Shown: positions 51,515 to 64,000 of the stretch, one piece after another
Position numbering within the stretch: position 1 is the first letter of the stretch
Layout of the letters: every line of letters starts with the position of its first letter
NCBI RefSeq assembly: GCF_009834535.1
Contig: NC_045697.1
Span: 82,586,001-82,650,000 of the forward strand
Source: Camelus ferus
Lineage: Eukaryota
Length of the DNA: 64,000 bases
Direction: 5' to 3'
Made by a program: the position numbers and the translations under genes
Notes under the pieces: generated by a model
Told to the model about the DNA's origin: nothing
The model's input: only the letters and a program-made list of their open reading frames with translations
Database searches by the model: none

Positions 51515-51690
51515 AGAATATTCAATACCTTATAGTAACTTATGGTGAAAAAGAATATGAAAACAAACATATGTATGTTCATGTATGACTGAAGCATTAT
51601 GCTGCACACCAGAAACTGACACAACATTGTAAACTGACTATACTTCAATAAAAAATATATATACAAAAAATTAAAATTAAAATAAAAAAT
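51515..51690 (+). mobile_element. L1 3' tail
   Basis: tattcaataccttatagtaac...acaccagaaactgacacaacattgtaaactgactatacttcaataaaaaa. Confidence 0.85.
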
Positions 51691-53994
51691 AAAATCAATA
51701 TATATGAAATATATAATATGTCCAAGCCCTGCATATGCAAAGTCTTGTTTCACCTTCATCAAAGCTCACATGAACTGCTGCTGTCTACATTGTATAGCTA
51801 AGTTACTGAGGCTCAGAGAAGCTAAAGAGACGTGGTCTGCATTGTACATGATGTAAACGCTGGAGCTTGGAATCAAATCCAAATCTCTTGGCTGAAAAAC
51901 CACATTCTTTCCAGACTACAGTACTGAAAAGTCCGAAAACTCATAACGCCATTGAGTAAATTAAATATTCTTTGCCCAAATCAAGTAACTTTTGACACTG
52001 GAGATTCCAGGATGTTTCCACAACAGGTATTTGAATGGATTCATCTAAAATTTAATTAAGTCAATATCTTAAGTGACCTTTTTTTTTTTTTCAGGTTAAG
52101 GACCAACTCGTTTGCTTAACAGAGGCTGCAAACTGACTGAATACTTAGAAGTGGCTAAAATAATGGGTGGAAAAATTTTCTTTATGGTAGTCTTTTAACA
52201 AATTAGAGCGAGTAGTGTAATACTTTTGCATTCTGGTCTCTGGGGATCAGTAATATGATGATTTCTTCATTTTCTCTTTGTTGGCAAATATTTCAATTAT
52301 AAGCCACTATCTCATCAAACACTCATTTTCACTTAGAGTAAAGATTTAAGCAGAGACCCTATTTGATTTTGATGTGTGGTTTCCCTGAACACATGTATTG
52401 ATCAATGTAATGATTTAATCATAGCTTCAGTGTAATTTGACTGAAAGTTTACCAAGTTACTTTTATATTCTATATAAGTAAAAATTAAATGTTGCTTTTC
52501 AGGTTATTTTTTCCTGATCATATTAGATAGCTTAATATTTAAGACTTTTCACTTCACAATGGACTTCATAGAAAGTTCTTCTTTATATGATCATCCCTTT
52601 CTTTATTTCTAGAAAATTTCAAATGGGAAAGAAAATGAAGTTCTTACAGATACCAACAAAAGGAAAAAGTGAAAAAAAAAAAGAAATAAATAAGATAAAG
52701 AAGTTCGTAAGAAGAAGGGGGCGATAATTAAAAAGCAGGGTAAAGAACGAGGACGTCATTACAGATTCATCTTTGAAAATAATCTGTGACAGTTGCTTGC
52801 ATGGAAGTGGCCCTGGGGATGCCCAGGGCTGGAGTGAACTGGCAGATCTGACTTTGCTTTGGGAAAATTCCTTGGCGGTCTCTATTTTTATACAGCGGTT
52901 TGTTCCTAGCGGCCAATCAAGTTGTCTCAAAGATGATCTGACGACCCCCAGATCCTTCAGACCTGTTGTCTAGGAACCCAGAGGACTCCTTTCAAGAACT
53001 ATGAAGAAACAAGAAGTAGGAGGTTTAATATTATTGCTGAGATTCAGAATCTGTAATACAAATCAAACCCGTAGTGTCTTTGAGATGCCAAGACACCTTT
53101 AGGAAAGACTACTTACAGTGCTCTGTTCATTAACCAAACAGGTCTTCAATGTTTCCTTCCTCCTCAACCCACTTCAGAAACTCATTGACATAAAGCAATG
53201 CAATTTAAGACAATGTATAGATACCATGAACGTATTCATTTTTTTCCTAAAAAATGGTGGAAAAGTGGTCAGAAAATAGTCAACAAGAGACAATCTCTGC
53301 CGCAGAAATTAGAAGAATGTCAGGTGTATAAAGGAAAAATCAAAAGTTTAAAAAAATGGAGAGCTCCATGTATAAATATTGTCTCAGTTGCTGACTAGCT
53401 ATGTGACTTTGAATACATTACTTACATCTCTGAGTCAAAGTTTCTTAATATGGAAAACGAAATAGTAATGTCTACTTATTTTAATCACTATGAGAATTAT
53501 GGGAGATAGTGTCTCAAGTGTCTATTACAATGAATCATTGTAACTTCTAATTCTTGGTAACTGTTATTATAATCACCATTGCAATAAATTCGTAACAGAT
53601 AAAAGGATACATTCTGCAGGGATTACCTGAATGCCAAATTTGGACATAATTCTACTCCTGTATGTACAATAATGTATCAAGATGAATCCTTTGGAAAATC
53701 CAAGTTTAAAAAGTCATTTTTCAATACAAAAAAGCCTCCACTTTTTGTCCTCACTTGTTAGCTCTGTCTCGATTGTTCCATCCTTGCAGCATGAGTAAGC
53801 AACACAACACACAATCACTCATAAATTAATTAATAAGCCCCAAATGGATGATTGATTATTAAATTACCATGATGATAATGAATTAGAAGTTGAGAAACCA
53901 CATAGGATTAGATATAAACTATGGCAACATTTTTGTCACCTACCCACTTTCAAATGAAGATATTTTACTTACGTTCCTCTAAAGCTTAGCAACT

Positions 53995-54110
53995 TTTCTT
54001 TTTTGCTTTTGAGGGGGAGGTGATTAGGTTTATTTATTTATTTATTTTTAATGGAGTCACTGGATTGAGCCCCGGACCTCGTGCAGGCTAGGCACGCACC
54101 TTACCACTGA
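53995..54110 (-). mobile_element. tRNA-derived SINE (5'-truncated or diverged)
   Basis: Homologous to 42835-42950; TSD aagcttag(c/t)aac(t/c)ttt. Confidence 0.82.
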
Positions 54111-54769
54111 AGCTTAGTAACCTTTGATACCACGATCAAACTGAATATCTGCTTTACTCAGGAGCAAGATTCCGACTCATCGCTTCAATAAACTATGAAG
54201 AAGCATTTTCTTTTTTGTTTTCCTAACTTAACAGCAGTCTTTTCCCACTGGAAGACCTTTTGTAGTGCTGTACAGGCTCAGTATGTTCTACAGAAAACAC
54301 AATCAGAAAGTGCAGAAGTGAAATAAACGGTGTATGTGGCGCCTGCGTTGTCCGCAGGCAGCGTGCTGGCAGCAGTTCTGTTTGCTTTACCGCAGGCTTG
54401 ACAGGCACCCTGCTCCCTGATGGTGACGCTAACATGCTTTGGCAGTAGCTGCAAAAGCAGCTTGGGGTGATTAAATCTGAGTGTTTATATCAGGGAGAAA
54501 CTGTCTGTGATGTCTTCTCACAACCACATTATGTCTCATTACAAACCTCTTTACTTCTCCATGGATTTAGGCATTACCAATTAAAAGTGTTCATAGATTA
54601 TGTTTTATAGTTCAAGCCATTTGTCTTCATATTTTAGGTAGCAATATGGTTTACATACTCATTGATAAGAAGCTAAAATACAGAATGTATATTTCTGTAA
54701 ACTCTGAACCTTGGATATGCTCTTGAATTCTAAATTAAAAGCATTTTTTAAATAATCAAAACAACTACA

Positions 54770-56700
54770 TTTTATTATTTCTTTGCTGGATGTAAGATTT
54801 CTTTCAGCGCTTTGAATATGTGATCCCTTACTTTCTGTTCTCCATTATTTCTGATGAGAAGTCAGACAGAAATATTATTAATTTCTCTTGTACAAAATGA
54901 ATTGATTGTCCCTAGCTTCTTTCAAAATCATCTCATTACCTTTCTCTTTCAACATTTTTACTATGATGTGTCTGGGTGTATATCTCTTGATGTTTTTCCT
55001 ACTTGTAGTTTATTAAACTTCTTGATGTGGAGGTTAATTTTTTTTAATTAAATTTGGAAAGATTTCAGGCATTAATTCCTAAAATATATGTTTTTTACTT
55101 TCTCTTCCTCCTCTCCTGCTACTCTCATTATGTGCATTTTGAAACGCATAATGTCCCACATATCTCTGAGGGTTTATACATTTTTCTTCACTCTCCCCCC
55201 CACTCCGCCCTTGTTCTTCTGATTGCATTATCTTTTGTAAACTATCTTCAAATTCACTAATTCTTTCTTTTGCCAATTTTAATCTACTATTGAATAACTC
55301 TGTTGAAATTTCCATTTTAATTATTTTACATTCCAACTACTGAATTTTAATTTGGTTCTTTTCTATAATTTATATTTCCATACCAATATTCCTTATTTGA
55401 TGAGACATTATCATTATACTCTCCTTTACTTTTTAAAGTATAATTTTCTTTCGCCATTGAATACTTATAATGGCTCCTTTGAAGACTTTGTTTACTAAGT
55501 CTGATGTTTGGGTCCTCTCACAAGCAGGTTTTGTTACTTGCATTTTTTTTTTTTTTTCCTGCGTATGGGTCACACTTTCCTGCTTCTTTGAATGTCTAAT
55601 AACATTTTGTTGAAAAAAGAAATTTTGAGGTAATATATTGGAGCAATTCTGGATACCACCATCCACTTTGGAAATTATTTTTGGGTTGTTTGCCAATTTG
55701 TCTAGTGACTTAGCTGGACTATTTTTAAAGGCTATTTCCCATACAACGTGACAACTATGATGTCATTCCTCAGAGGGTGCAGACAAGGCTTGCACACAGT
55801 CACCCTGAGATGACAGTGGTTCTATTTGGGCTCTCTCCTTGATCTTTCTGTTAAGCTTTCTTCCTGGCTTTGTGTTACACCAGACTGTCAGGCTCCACCA
55901 ACAATTGCTTCTTGTTTTATTTGTGACGATGCCTGGGGCACAAATTAGTCCATAGTACAATTGAACCAAATTTAGGCTTCTTTTTAGGGGTACTTTTTGT
56001 GGCTAGACTTTGAAGTGTTTTCTGACAGCAGTAGGATTCTTTTAAACCATATATTACCCTGGTTTTCTCTGTTAAACTAATTAGCCTATTATTTAGTTTG
56101 CTGCTCTCATGGACCTACTAGCCTCTGAACTGTTACCTAATAAACCTAAAAAATCTCATTATTTTTGAAAGTGCCCTTAGACTTGAACTTCATCATATTC
56201 TGTTTCACATAGTCAGTTCCATAGGGAGAGGACAAAGCTCTCAATTCTTATGGCATGCTTCCTCCTTTGGCAAAATTTCTATGCAATCTCTCTGAAGCTG
56301 GGGTCAGGGACAGTGGCCTCTCTCACTTAGAGTAAACCTCTGTTTTATGAGTAGTAAGCTAAGTGGGGGCATTAGCCTCTGGTCTTCTTGGTTTGGTTCT
56401 ACTAGCATAGAACCTCTACTCTAAGAGCACACTTGGCAAGAGCAATCAGGGCTCCAGTATTCCTGGCCTGCCTTCCCTGAGGTAGAGCGTCATCCTGTGC
56501 ATGGGGGATGCGCGGAGGAAAGGAGCTGGAACTAGCACTCAACAGGGATTCAACCTCTATAACACAGAGCTGCGGCAGCATGAGAAATCCTGGTGGACTG
56601 CTCCTCTAAGAGAGGACTGCATCATAGCTGGAAAGAGGGAGCACCATTATCTTGGCCACCCCCAAGAAGAGACAAGTTTCTCTCACAGTGTGCTAAGGTG
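54770..56700 (-). mobile_element. Old L1 5' region / ORF1 remnant, antisense
   Basis: ORF 55079-55336 (-) NSRLKLAKERISEFED resembles the L1 ORF1 coiled coil. Confidence 0.75.
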
Positions 56701-56849
56701 TTTAGAGTGATGGCTCATGTATTCATAAACCCACATCCTCTAAAGTTGTACCAGTCTTAGAAAAAATGTGTCATCTAGCTTGTGCTTTTGCTAGGTAAAA
56801 ACCACAATTCTTTGAACACCTTGGTCTATTTTATACATATTAAAGGAAA

Positions 56850-58690
56850 GACCAAAAATATCAAATAATTTCCAGGTAACAAAATTGCACGACAGACACA
56901 TATTTTCTTTATAGGAAAACAAAATATTCAATACCCAACTATATAAAATTTGCAATATCGGAATCTAATCAAAGATTACCAGGCTCGCAAGGAAGCTGGA
57001 AAATAAGAGCTTTAGTGAGGAGAAAAGGCAATGAGAGCAATCAATGTAAACAGACCCGAAACTGACACACATGTTAGAATTAACAAACAAGAATCTTAAA
57101 TGTTATTGTGTTTATATGTGCTCAAAAAGGTAAATAGAAATATAGATGATACAGAAGAGACTAAAAGCAAACTTTTAGAGATTAAATGTACAATGTGTGA
57201 GATAAAAAAACGTGCTAGTTGGGATAAATAATAAGAAACTTCAGAAAGAAAGGGTAGTGAACTTGAAGACAAAGCAATAGAAATTATCCAAAACAAATCA
57301 CAGAAAGAAAAAAAAAATTGTCATAGTAAAAAATTATGATAGTGTGCAATGGGTAAACTTCTAACACTTTAATATACATGTAATTGGAGTCTTCATAAAA
57401 ACAAAGTGGGGGCAGGTGGAAATGTTTGAAGAAATCATGATGGAATATTTTAAACATTTGTCAAAAAATATAAACCCACAGATCCTAAATGCTCAAACAG
57501 TATATAGATGAGAAAAATTTCACCAAGCACATCATAACATCATAATTCAATTGCTCAAAGCCAGTGGTAAACAGAAAATCTTAAAAACAGAAAAAGACAA
57601 GGCACAGAGGAACAAAGATAAGGATGGCAGCACATTTCTTACCAGAAACAACATGAGCCAAGAGACAGTGGGAAATAGTCTTAAAATGGGAAAGAAAAAT
57701 CAAAATATCAAGCTATATTTCTTACCCAGACAAATATATTTCAATAGTCAATATAAAATAAAGACTTTTCAGGCATACAAAAGTTGAAATAATTAATCAC
57801 CAGTTGTTCTGCACTATAAGAAAAGTTAAAGAATAATTGTCACAGAAAATTTTAACACTAGATGCACACACGCATTGTGGTACAGAAGTAAAGAACATCA
57901 AAAACGATAACAACATGGGTGAACATAAAAGCTGGTTTGCTTATTACTTAAATTTCTTTAATAGATGATTGACTCTTTAAACAAAAATTATAATGCATTA
58001 TGGGGTCTATACCTAATGTATTTGTAAAATTCATAAGACATATGGAATAGAGATGGGGTTAAATAAATATTTGCAGGTACTAAGTACTGTATATAAAACA
58101 GATAAACAGCACGGTCCTACTGTGTAGCACAGGAAACTATATTCAGTACCTTGTAATAGCCTATAATGAGAAAGAATATGAAAAGGAATATATATATATA
58201 TATATATGTATAACTGAATCACTATGCTGTACACCAGAAATTAACACAACATTGTAAACTGACTATACTTCAATAAAAAAATAAAATGTAGTATATATAT
58301 TTATTGAAAGGTTTTTATAATATACATGAAATTATATAAAATCAATTAAAGTAGGGCGATGATAGTTTAAAGACGTATACTACAAACCTTTTAAAGTAAT
58401 CTCTAAAATAATTTTTTAAAAAATTAGCCAAAAGCCAACAAAGGGGAGACAATGAAAAAAAAAAACTCAATTCAAAAGAATGCAAAATAAACAACAGATG
58501 GAACAAAGAGAAAACAAATATCAAGATGATAGACTTAAATATAACAATACCAATTATCGTATTAAAAGTAAATGGTATTAAACACCCCTATTAAATGTAG
58601 ATACTTTCAGATTAGATTAAAAAAAAAAAAGAAGGAAAAGCAAGCCCCAACTCTGTGCTGCCTACAAGAGATGCACAGGACATGAAGACC
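56850..58690 (+). mobile_element. Old L1 ORF1 / ORF2-start remnant with a nested younger L1 tail (~58080-58290)
   Basis: agtgaacttgaagacaaagcaatagaaatt, KQKILK, and the ORF2 start (VNG.N.PIK...CCLQE at ~58570-58670). Confidence 0.75.
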
Positions 58691-59854
58691 AAAGATAATT
58701 AAAGCACAAGTGAACCTGATTAGCCTGAGAAACATGAGTTTCTGGGCCTAAATTTAAGTACTTATAATAGAGGTAGATTAATTTGTAGGAAAAAGTTTGT
58801 GAATTTAAGAAAAATTTCACCCAATGGTCTAAACATTTCCCCTTAATCTGAGTACAAGTCCAGGTCAGCTGTTAGAGTAGGAGTTATGTAAGAGGTTTAA
58901 AATAGGAAAAGATTAGAGATAGTTATGAAAGTTGGTGAAGGACAAATGGAAAGATGGAGGATACTGGGGATTCAGGAGGAGCTGGAGGACATGAACTCAG
59001 AATGGCATTAACCTGTACGTGTGTGCTTCTCTCTAGGAGGTTTCAGATTGCCCCATGGTAGGAGTGAAAATGAAGCAAAGCATTTATTCCACCTTTAAAT
59101 ATTTCAAAATTGTTTCTTCTTTCTTTTCTTACTCCATTTCTTTCTCTGACCTTGTTCCCTCCTTCTTTCCTTCCATACTTCTTTTTTTTCTCTTTATTTA
59201 CTTCCCTCTTATTTCCTCTTCATTTTCTTCCCTTCTTTCTTTATTTCCTGCCCCTTTTGTCTTTTCTCATTCTTTCGTTTTCTCTTTTCTTGCCTCCTTC
59301 TTTCTTGGTCCTTCCCTTTGTCACCCATTTTGCATACATTTCTGTGCCAGGTATTGTGATAAATGCATATGATAACTTTTGTATGTATATACGATATTAA
59401 AAACTAACAAAAGTGTTGTCACCAGCCTACCGGTCATGATGTGATTAAAGCTTTCACAATACCAAGTGATATAATTGGAGCATTTCTTTGAGTTCCTGAC
59501 AGGTGTAGCACAAGTGCGGTTCAGATTTTCAGGAAGTAGTCTGCGGAAGCCAGCAAATTAATTGTACCGTTACTTCCTTCATTGATCCATCTACTAGAAT
59601 TAGTAAGTGGAAATGTTAATTGCAGAGACAGTGCTAATCAAACAAGAGGCTTGTATGAAGGAATATTAATGCTTTTACTCAAAACAGAATCGAAACTATT
59701 TTTAGTTCAGTTCTAGTCTGAGATCTTTGACTCACATGAAAATTCAAAGATAAATTTGTATCAATTTATGCTTTTATAGTGAACTATCTAATCTCACCTA
59801 ATATGTGAAGTAAGATGGATTAATTTTAATTTTTTTCTTTCTATACTAGTCAGA

Positions 59855-60430
59855 TTTATAAAATGGCCCTTTTGAGATGTCTTACCCTAAATCCAGGACT
59901 ATAAGTGTAAGAAATCATGACATGATTATGTTGTGTTAACATGGGAAGGTATTTTGGGAGACACTGAGTTAATCAAAGGAAATTTATCTTAATGGGTCTA
60001 ATCTAAATACATGACCCATTTAAAAGCAGAGCGTTTTCTCAGTCTGATAGCAATAGGGGAAACGGAGGTTTTCTAAATGAGATCAAGATTTGCTTTGAGG
60101 ATGGGGGTAGCCACATAGTAAATAACCTGAAAACAGCTCCTAGGAGCTGAGAGTTATTCTTGATTGACAGCCAGCAAGAAAAAAGAACTTCATTCCAGAA
60201 CTACAAGAAACTGGATACTTCCAACAATCTGAATGCATTTGGAAGATGATTCTTCCCCTCTGCTCCCAAGTAAAAGCCCCTTGCTGGCTAATACTTGATT
60301 TTGGCCTTGTGTGACCCTAAGCAGAGAATCTAAGCAAGTCTGCCTGGACCTCTGACCTACAGAACTGTGAGCGAATAAATGGATTTTGTTTTAAGTTGTT
60401 CAGTTTGTGGTAGCGAAGAAAACCAGTAAA
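59855..60430 (+). mobile_element. MaLR (MLT1-type) solo LTR
   Basis: tgacagccagcaagaa...ttggccttgtgtgaccctaagcagaga...ctgacctacagaactgtgag..aataaat...ttaag. Confidence 0.8.
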
Positions 60431-62457
60431 GGTTTCTTTTGAATTTGAGGGTGTTAATGTAGTCTACAACTATTTTCAAAGACACAAAACAAAAGAAAAA
60501 GCCAATATACGAATTCACCCAGAAAACAAAACCATTTATTTAATACTTGACAAATAAATCAAAATCATTGTCATTTTAATCAATGTTTCTGCCTCTCCAA
60601 TATCCTAATTTTATTAGAAAAGGATTACTGAACAACAAAGAAGAGTATTTTCCTTAAATTAGTAAATTTAATAAGTCATGTACTTCATCAATTTTGTAAA
60701 AGCAAGCAATACTTATTAAGCAACTACTGTGAAAGACACTAAACTAGTTGCCACTGAGATGTTACAAAATTTTCAAAGACACTACTATTTGGAGATGACA
60801 TCCTTAGGGCATTTTCTAAGAGAAGCTCATCTTGGAATTCTCCATATGGTTGCTGGTTGATTTTTCAAAAATTGGGCTTCCCAGAATAAACCCACCAATA
60901 GCTCCCCAATAGGTTAAAGATGACATCAAAATTCTTTAAAATAGAGATTGTGGAATGAGCTTCCCCTGACTTAGCTTTCCAATCTTCTGTTTCCATTGCT
61001 GCACTACCCCCCTCCCACCCCAACACACAATCTATGTCCCAGGCAAACTAAATTACTTTCTTTTCTTATACAACATAATTTTTCCTCACACACACTTACT
61101 TCTATATGCTGTTTACACTGCTTGAATGTTCTTGTCTCAATTTGTCTGGCTAATTATTTCATCAAATCTTAGTTTATACTGAACTCCTACTGGTTAGCCT
61201 TCCCTTACCCCCTAGATCTCAATTTAAGGCTGTCATATGTGATGAATGTAGGACCTAGTTCTTTTCTCTTCAAAGTACAGATCTCAGAGTATTGAAGTAA
61301 TGATTATAACTTGATAACTGACTATATTTTGCAGCAAGATTTTAAGTCTCATGAAAACTTATATTAGGTCTACTTTCCTAGTATTTAATGCTTAGAGCTG
61401 ATAATATTTTAGCAGATATTAACTACTAAGTAGATGTTTATTTAATCAATGGGGTGAGGGTTGAGTTATCCAAGTGAAGAATAGGAGGGAGGGCTTTTCA
61501 AGCAAAAGGGACATAGTGAAGAAACAATGGAGGTAAGGAAGTGTGATGCATATTGTAAACCACAAGGAGAAAGAGGGAAAATGATACAGCAAATGAGACA
61601 AGTGGAGAAGTTACAGTGGGTCTGATTCTAATGATTCTTGCAAATTTTCTTTTCCTTTGAAATTATTTGGTAATAAAATTAATAAATTATTTGGAACTGC
61701 ATGTGAAATTGGACTTAAATACCAAAAAGTAAAGAGAAACACATAAACCTTGGCTTTGTAAAAGTTACATAATACAGGCTTTTAAAGAATTATACTTTTC
61801 AACTTCTTCATCAAGAGCTCATTTATACTCACTATTGTTTATTTGTGTTTTTTTTCTTTCCTTTTGGTTCTGAAATTTTGGATCTTTGTATTATCTCACA
61901 AAGTCTTCTACACAGACTGGAACCTTATGAATGTTTATTCATGATGTTATTTAATGCAGGTTTTGTTATTGATTGTTCTACTGAACACTGTCTGGCAATA
62001 TAAAACAGGCAATATTTATAACATCACAGCTATGCTATACTTTGGTTTCCCAATTAAATAAAAAAGTTATATTAGTGTCCTCAACCCGCCTTCCCAAGTA
62101 AATGAAATTTAATTAAAGAATATCAATAGTACTAAACCCTGAGCAAATAGATTCATTCTCTAAAGTCCAATAGTTTTTTTATAGAAATTGACTTATCTTT
62201 TCCTGTGATATATCAGGTTCAAAAAGAACAATTTCAAACTGTGTAGTTGAATGAGAAGAACCTTTGATGAAGACTTGGATGTGTTTTGTTTTTACTAAAG
62301 ACAGCAGCTGAAAAGATCCTATTGAAAGAAACTTACACATCGAAAATTAAGAAATTATTCAGATCTTGAACATTACATTTAATATCAGATACTCCAGAAT
62401 ATGTTAAGTCAACCTATTCTTTTCTCAACCTGCTGATATGATCAGAGTATGATTTAT

Positions 62458-62587
62458 GACTTTTTAATTATTGTTATTTTTTTTTAATTAGGTTCATTTA
62501 TATTTAGTGGAGGTACTGGGGATTGAACCCAGGATCTTGTGCATGCTAAGCATGCACTCTACTACTTGAGCTAAACCTACCCCCCAA
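62458..62587 (-). mobile_element. tRNA-derived SINE
   Basis: ggaggtactggggattgaacccagg...ctacttgagcta; TSD gagtatgattta flanks the element. Confidence 0.88.
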
Positions 62588-64000
62588 GCCTTGACTGGAG
62601 TATGATTTAAAATGCTAGTTGTATAAATAACACAGCAGGCTGTAAATAGGCAATACTGACTCAAATATATTCATTTTGATTTCTTTAGAACTTGGGAGAA
62701 GAGTGAAAAATAGACCTTTGTGATTTGCCTAATAAAATGTCTTCATTTTAGACAAGTGAATTATTTCAGTAGGCTGACACAGTAAATTGATTTTTTTAGC
62801 AGGGCATGCTTCTTTTAGAAATACTGTTTTGTTTTGAAAAAAGAAAAAGATTTTAAAGAAATCTATGGCTATGGTTTTGTTTTTCTTCACTTTGCAAGCA
62901 AGATTTTTTTAACGTGTAGTTCTTCATAGAAAAATACATTTAGTTAATCATCATCTGTGCTTACACAACTGCATTATTAGTTTATATACAACCTGGAAAA
63001 GCTTTGCAGATGTTTGATATCAAGAACAGATTTATGAGTTTGTGTTTTATTTTCTCTTGAGGCATTCAAATCTTTAGACGCTATGAAATATAATTTGTGC
63101 TTCATGACAGTGATTGTTATTCTTTAATTTATTAACAGGATTTAATGACTATATGTCTAATTTTTCTTTTTTCCTGGGCAAAGTAAAAATTGGTAAAACA
63201 TATTCAGTGACCTATTCATTATCTTTTCAACTTTACCACATTTGTTATTTATACATCAAAACTGCCCCATGCTAAGGAACATAATATAATGCCTCTTTTT
63301 GTTATACCAAAATTACCGATAATATTTTAAAATATTAAAATATTTAAAATTGTAAAGGCAATGATAAACCAATTTTTTTGTAGCCCCTGTAAAAGAGAAA
63401 CTGGGCCTTGAAGTAGGATAAGAATACCTTCTTCCCTTTGAAAACCTCAGCCCCCTTGTCACATATGGTCACACATGGAGATGGGTCTGTTATTCCTCAG
63501 GCAGATAAACTATGTTTTTTAAACAGGCAGGACTAATTGAGTTGTTCTGTTTAGTAAGGGTCCATCTTACAGTTGCCATATTGTAAGATGGAGCTTGAAG
63601 TAATTCCTTACTAAAAAATTACTTGGAAATAATGTCCTAGTCATCACATAATTAATGTCTAAAATTGTTGGGGTAGGAAAACTGTGTTACTCACACTATT
63701 GAATGAATTTAATAAATGACTCATTTAGCATCTTCAAACATTTTAAGCAATGGCCACAATAACTTGAAAAATGCAGAAGACATACAAGCATTATACCTAG
63801 AGAAGTTCTTACTATGTAGAATTTCTTAAAGTAGATATTCTTAAGATACTACGGAAGTTGACTCAGTACGTTCCCTGAAAACAAAGTCTGTTTTATTTTA
63901 TTGGGGGAAAAGTTTAAGATGTATTTGCGAGTATGACTACAATGGAAACGTTCTCACAGATTCTTAGTGCAGCACTGCAATATCATGATCACTATCCAAG

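Noticed and set aside
59055..59400. Phe/Leu/Ser-rich ORFs that look like membrane proteins
   Set aside because: Translation of a low-complexity pyrimidine tract.
62180..62340. Short minus-strand open frame (GSFQLLSLVKTKHIQV...EPDISQEKI)
   Set aside because: Splice signals are contradictory and I recognise no protein; insufficient support.

Overview
Mammalian genomic DNA, AT-rich and dense in repeats. It is most likely camelid, inferred from the tRNA-derived SINEs and the lineage-type L1 3' tails. The main feature is a near full-length class III (ERV-S/HERV-S-like) provirus on the + strand at 16407-22719. It has two 425/426-bp LTRs that differ by only 3 substitutions and 1 indel, a perfect 18-nt tRNA-Ser primer-binding site, a polypurine tract and a 5-bp near-perfect target-site duplication. 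Internally it carries a short, probably deleted gag, pro, RT/RNase H, integrase with a degenerate dUTPase-like insert, and a gamma-type env. The integrase and env regions show heavy, 3'-biased G-to-A damage (Trp to stop, Glu to Lys, Arg to Lys, Asp to Asn), which suggests APOBEC3 editing before integration. The gag-pro junction has an in-frame UAG followed by a candidate readthrough pseudoknot. The rest of the window holds old and recent L1 fragments (some with twin-priming-type inversions), two related solo LTRs (one splitting an ancient ERV-L RT remnant), MaLR and MER repeats, and three SINEs with TSDs. There is also a CpG island at about 30.5-31.0 kb and several candidate exons or pseudo-exons that I cannot assign to a named host gene.
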